DNA of 64,000 nucleotides from Perkinsus olseni (Eukaryota): NCBI GenBank assembly GCA_013115125.1, contig JABANN010000084.1, positions 1 to 64,000 of the forward strand, read 5' to 3'. Shown piece by piece: positions 61,518 to 64,000 of this stretch (position 1 is its first letter; each line of letters starts with the position of its first letter). The notes under the pieces were generated by a model. It saw only the letters and a program-made list of their open reading frames with translations, ran no database searches and was not told where the DNA came from. The position numbers and the translations under genes were made by a program.

Positions 61518-63152
61518 ATGTCTGCTACGGCCTTCGTCCCATCCCGCCCTTGGATCAACAGCAACGACGGCGAAAAGTTTTTTCAAACGGGGCATCGACA
61601 GACTGCCAGCCGAGCCTCCAGTCGGCGACTGCGAAGGCATTCCACTATGATTGCAGCAGAGGCTAACTTCAACCGGCGCGAGAGACCTGAAGGCGCTATG
61701 GCTGCTTGCTGCAGCATTCCGTCATCTTCATACGCTTCTCACAGTGATAGGCGGATACGAGCTTCTACTAGAGCAAAGGCCTATGTCTCTCGAGCTGTGC
61801 TCAGCGTGACTACGTCGCCTGAGAGTAAGTTCAACGGGAGTTCGCTGGTGGAGGCTGGTTGGCGGCTGTTCTAGTGGGTTGTTGATCTTCATTGCTTTCC
61901 AGGTACGGACGCAAGTGGGCCGAGTACTAAAGCATCCACTCAACCTTGGCCGAGTCCTTCGACTGGGATAAGCTCTGATGACTCCGCTAGTTCGCAGACT
62001 GAGGGTTGTTGTCCTCGGTCATCACATGATGCTACTGACTGTGCTGACGGCCTCCTCCCTCGGGAAGTCCCGGATAGGACGGATATTGACTGCTTTGTAG
62101 GCATAGTTCACTCGACCCTCAGTGCTACTCTGTTCCGCGCCCCGCTATGCTCTTCTATCCCCGTTATGCCCGTAGTTGCTCGATGATATAATCTCACGTC
62201 TTTGGTAATCGCGTTGTTCTCAGTTGCCTTCTCTGAGCAAGGTCTTGGACCATCTTATCGTTTTGGGGGAGGAGAGGGAGAAGACCATGAGAAGGAAGCC
62301 GGCGCGGTCGCGATTTCACTCGGTCACTGTTCCAAGTAGGTCAAAGCGCAGCATGGATCACGCTCCGCATTTTCTGCTGCTGTCCGATAGATATCACAGT
62401 TTCCGACTACCTCTTACGATTGTCGAAGTTTTTTCACTGCTCTGGAGAGTGTTTTGTGATTGCTTTGGTGTATTTGGATCGGGCAGTGAAGGAGTCATCA
62501 TATTCGGCGAGTTTGGCGGACGCCGAAGAAGAGAAAGAGTCCTCGCCATTTAATATTACCCGCTTGAATGTACACAGGTGAGGCCCTGGGCAGCTCTCTA
62601 GTTGAGCAATCGAATTGACAAGGGCCCTTTGGAGCACCTAGCTGCCGCGTAGTTTTTCGGTTCCAGCGAAAGAGAATGACTCTGAGTCATTGGTAGTAGA
62701 ACAGGAGTGTAGGCTAGAGTTCTCTGTCACACCGGTGGTTTTTGCGTAACCCGACCCAATAGGGCTCGTAACGAGCCGCTCGTTATCGTACAAGCTCGCT
62801 GAGTCGATCTCGAGCCGTTATTATGAACGTGATGCTGTGTGGGCGCTACTGGTTACGTTTCCTCTTAAGGTTGCTGCTGACAGCATTAACGCTGGCGGCC
62901 AAGTATTATGACGATTGCTACTACGCGAATAAGAGATACGCTGAAGTGGGAGGGGTGTCCACGAGAGAGTTGAACACGTTGGAAGCATCTTTCCTCGATA
63001 TGATTCGTAAGTCCCAGGTTCGAACCTCTGTTTTGGCACTTTTTCAATCAGATTACCGTTTATACGTAGCACCGGAAGAGTACGTTGCCTACAAGGAGCA
63101 GGTGGAGAACGTATCGAGGCCTCTCCCCGGCGAGGCGTCTTATGGGGAATAA
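61518..63152 (+). CDS. PHO80/U-type (CYC2-like) cyclin, copy B; start uncertain
   Basis: FHSVTVPNITVSDYLLRLSKFFHCSGECFVIALVYLDR..ITRLNVHRLLLTALTLAAKYYDDCYYANKRYAEVGGVSTRELNTLEASFL. Confidence 0.9.
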
Positions 63153-64000
63153 TACCGACGTTTCTGTCCTCGTCAATCTGTGCTCGTCAATTTCGACCGC
63201 TTTGTCAGCGCGGTATCATTGTAATTAAGTGACCTTTGATCAAAATGATAGTATCATATTTTGAGTCTAGGGCCTCTCTCGCCATATCACCTCTCTCTTC
63301 ATCTCTTATCATAGTCGTCGTCAAGGCGTCGGAAGACTATCACCCTATTTATCACAACAATCTCAGTGTAAATGGTTCAGTGTGTGCACTGTTCCTTCCC
63401 CTGCTCATAATGTCTTACTGCTGCTGCTGTCTCCGCTCTTCCTTTTTTGTTCTTGCTGCTGCTATTGGCTTGAACGTCTCATTTGATATGTATCATCCTG
63501 GCACCTCTTGTGTGCATCATCTGAAAGACCACCAACAGGACACCCGGGATTCCGTAGCTTGGACACTGTGCTCCAGCTGTGATGCAAAGAAGCATCGTAT
63601 TTTTATAGCCGCTTCAACTGTGGTCCGGAGACAGAAAGATCGTATCATTATAGTCACCTTTTAGGCTGCTAGGAGAGTCAGCAGCCGTAGCGCTTGATCG
63701 CCCGTTGAGTTTAGCTTTTGTTTGCGAGTGTTGTCTTATTCTCTGATCCTAGAGCTGCAAGCGAATAGGTGTAATCGTTTAACTCACATGATGATTTGTT
63801 ATTGTCTTGTCACCATTGCCTCAATGTTCTACAGCAGGTGTAGCATAAGTCGTCGGAGGTCCTGCTCGGCTCGGCAAGTCCTTTGAGGATCATCCAGGGC
63901 GAATCCTCACGGCCGTGGCGCTCAGCCAAGAGCTGGTGCCACCGTTTTTACCGTTCGACGCCAACATGTCAATGTTAGTATCCAGCGTCGATCATCATCA

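Noticed and set aside
3561-63051. Complete tRNA genes at the T-arm motifs
   Set aside because: No D-arm/A-box or anticodon arm is visible upstream. The segments are too short and are bounded by protein-coding exons.

Overview
Gene-dense eukaryotic genomic DNA with many ~40-60 nt GT-AG introns. Intron style and gene content suggest a perkinsid alveolate (Perkinsus-like); this is inference, not a database result. The left half (1-33.9 kb) is read almost entirely from the - strand: ASH2L-like, SEC31, two lineage-specific secreted-protein genes beside an integrase remnant, a hypothetical gene, phosphatidylserine synthase, a large hypothetical gene, RAB28, a TFxP-repeat protein with a 2.3 kb cargo-bearing intron, and a PEX14-like gene apparently fused to a PUB domain. 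The right half is read almost entirely from the + strand: RNA Pol I/III subunit AC19, a TBC RabGAP, four tandem SWEET transporters, a small secreted protein, PTGES2, UBXN7-like, PIP5K and two PHO80/U-type cyclins. The most unusual signal is that many of the tiny spliceosomal introns, in unrelated genes, look like 3' halves of tRNA genes (variable loop, T-arm/B-box, acceptor strand, oligo-T). All multi-exon coordinates are hand-built gene spans and their ends are approximate.
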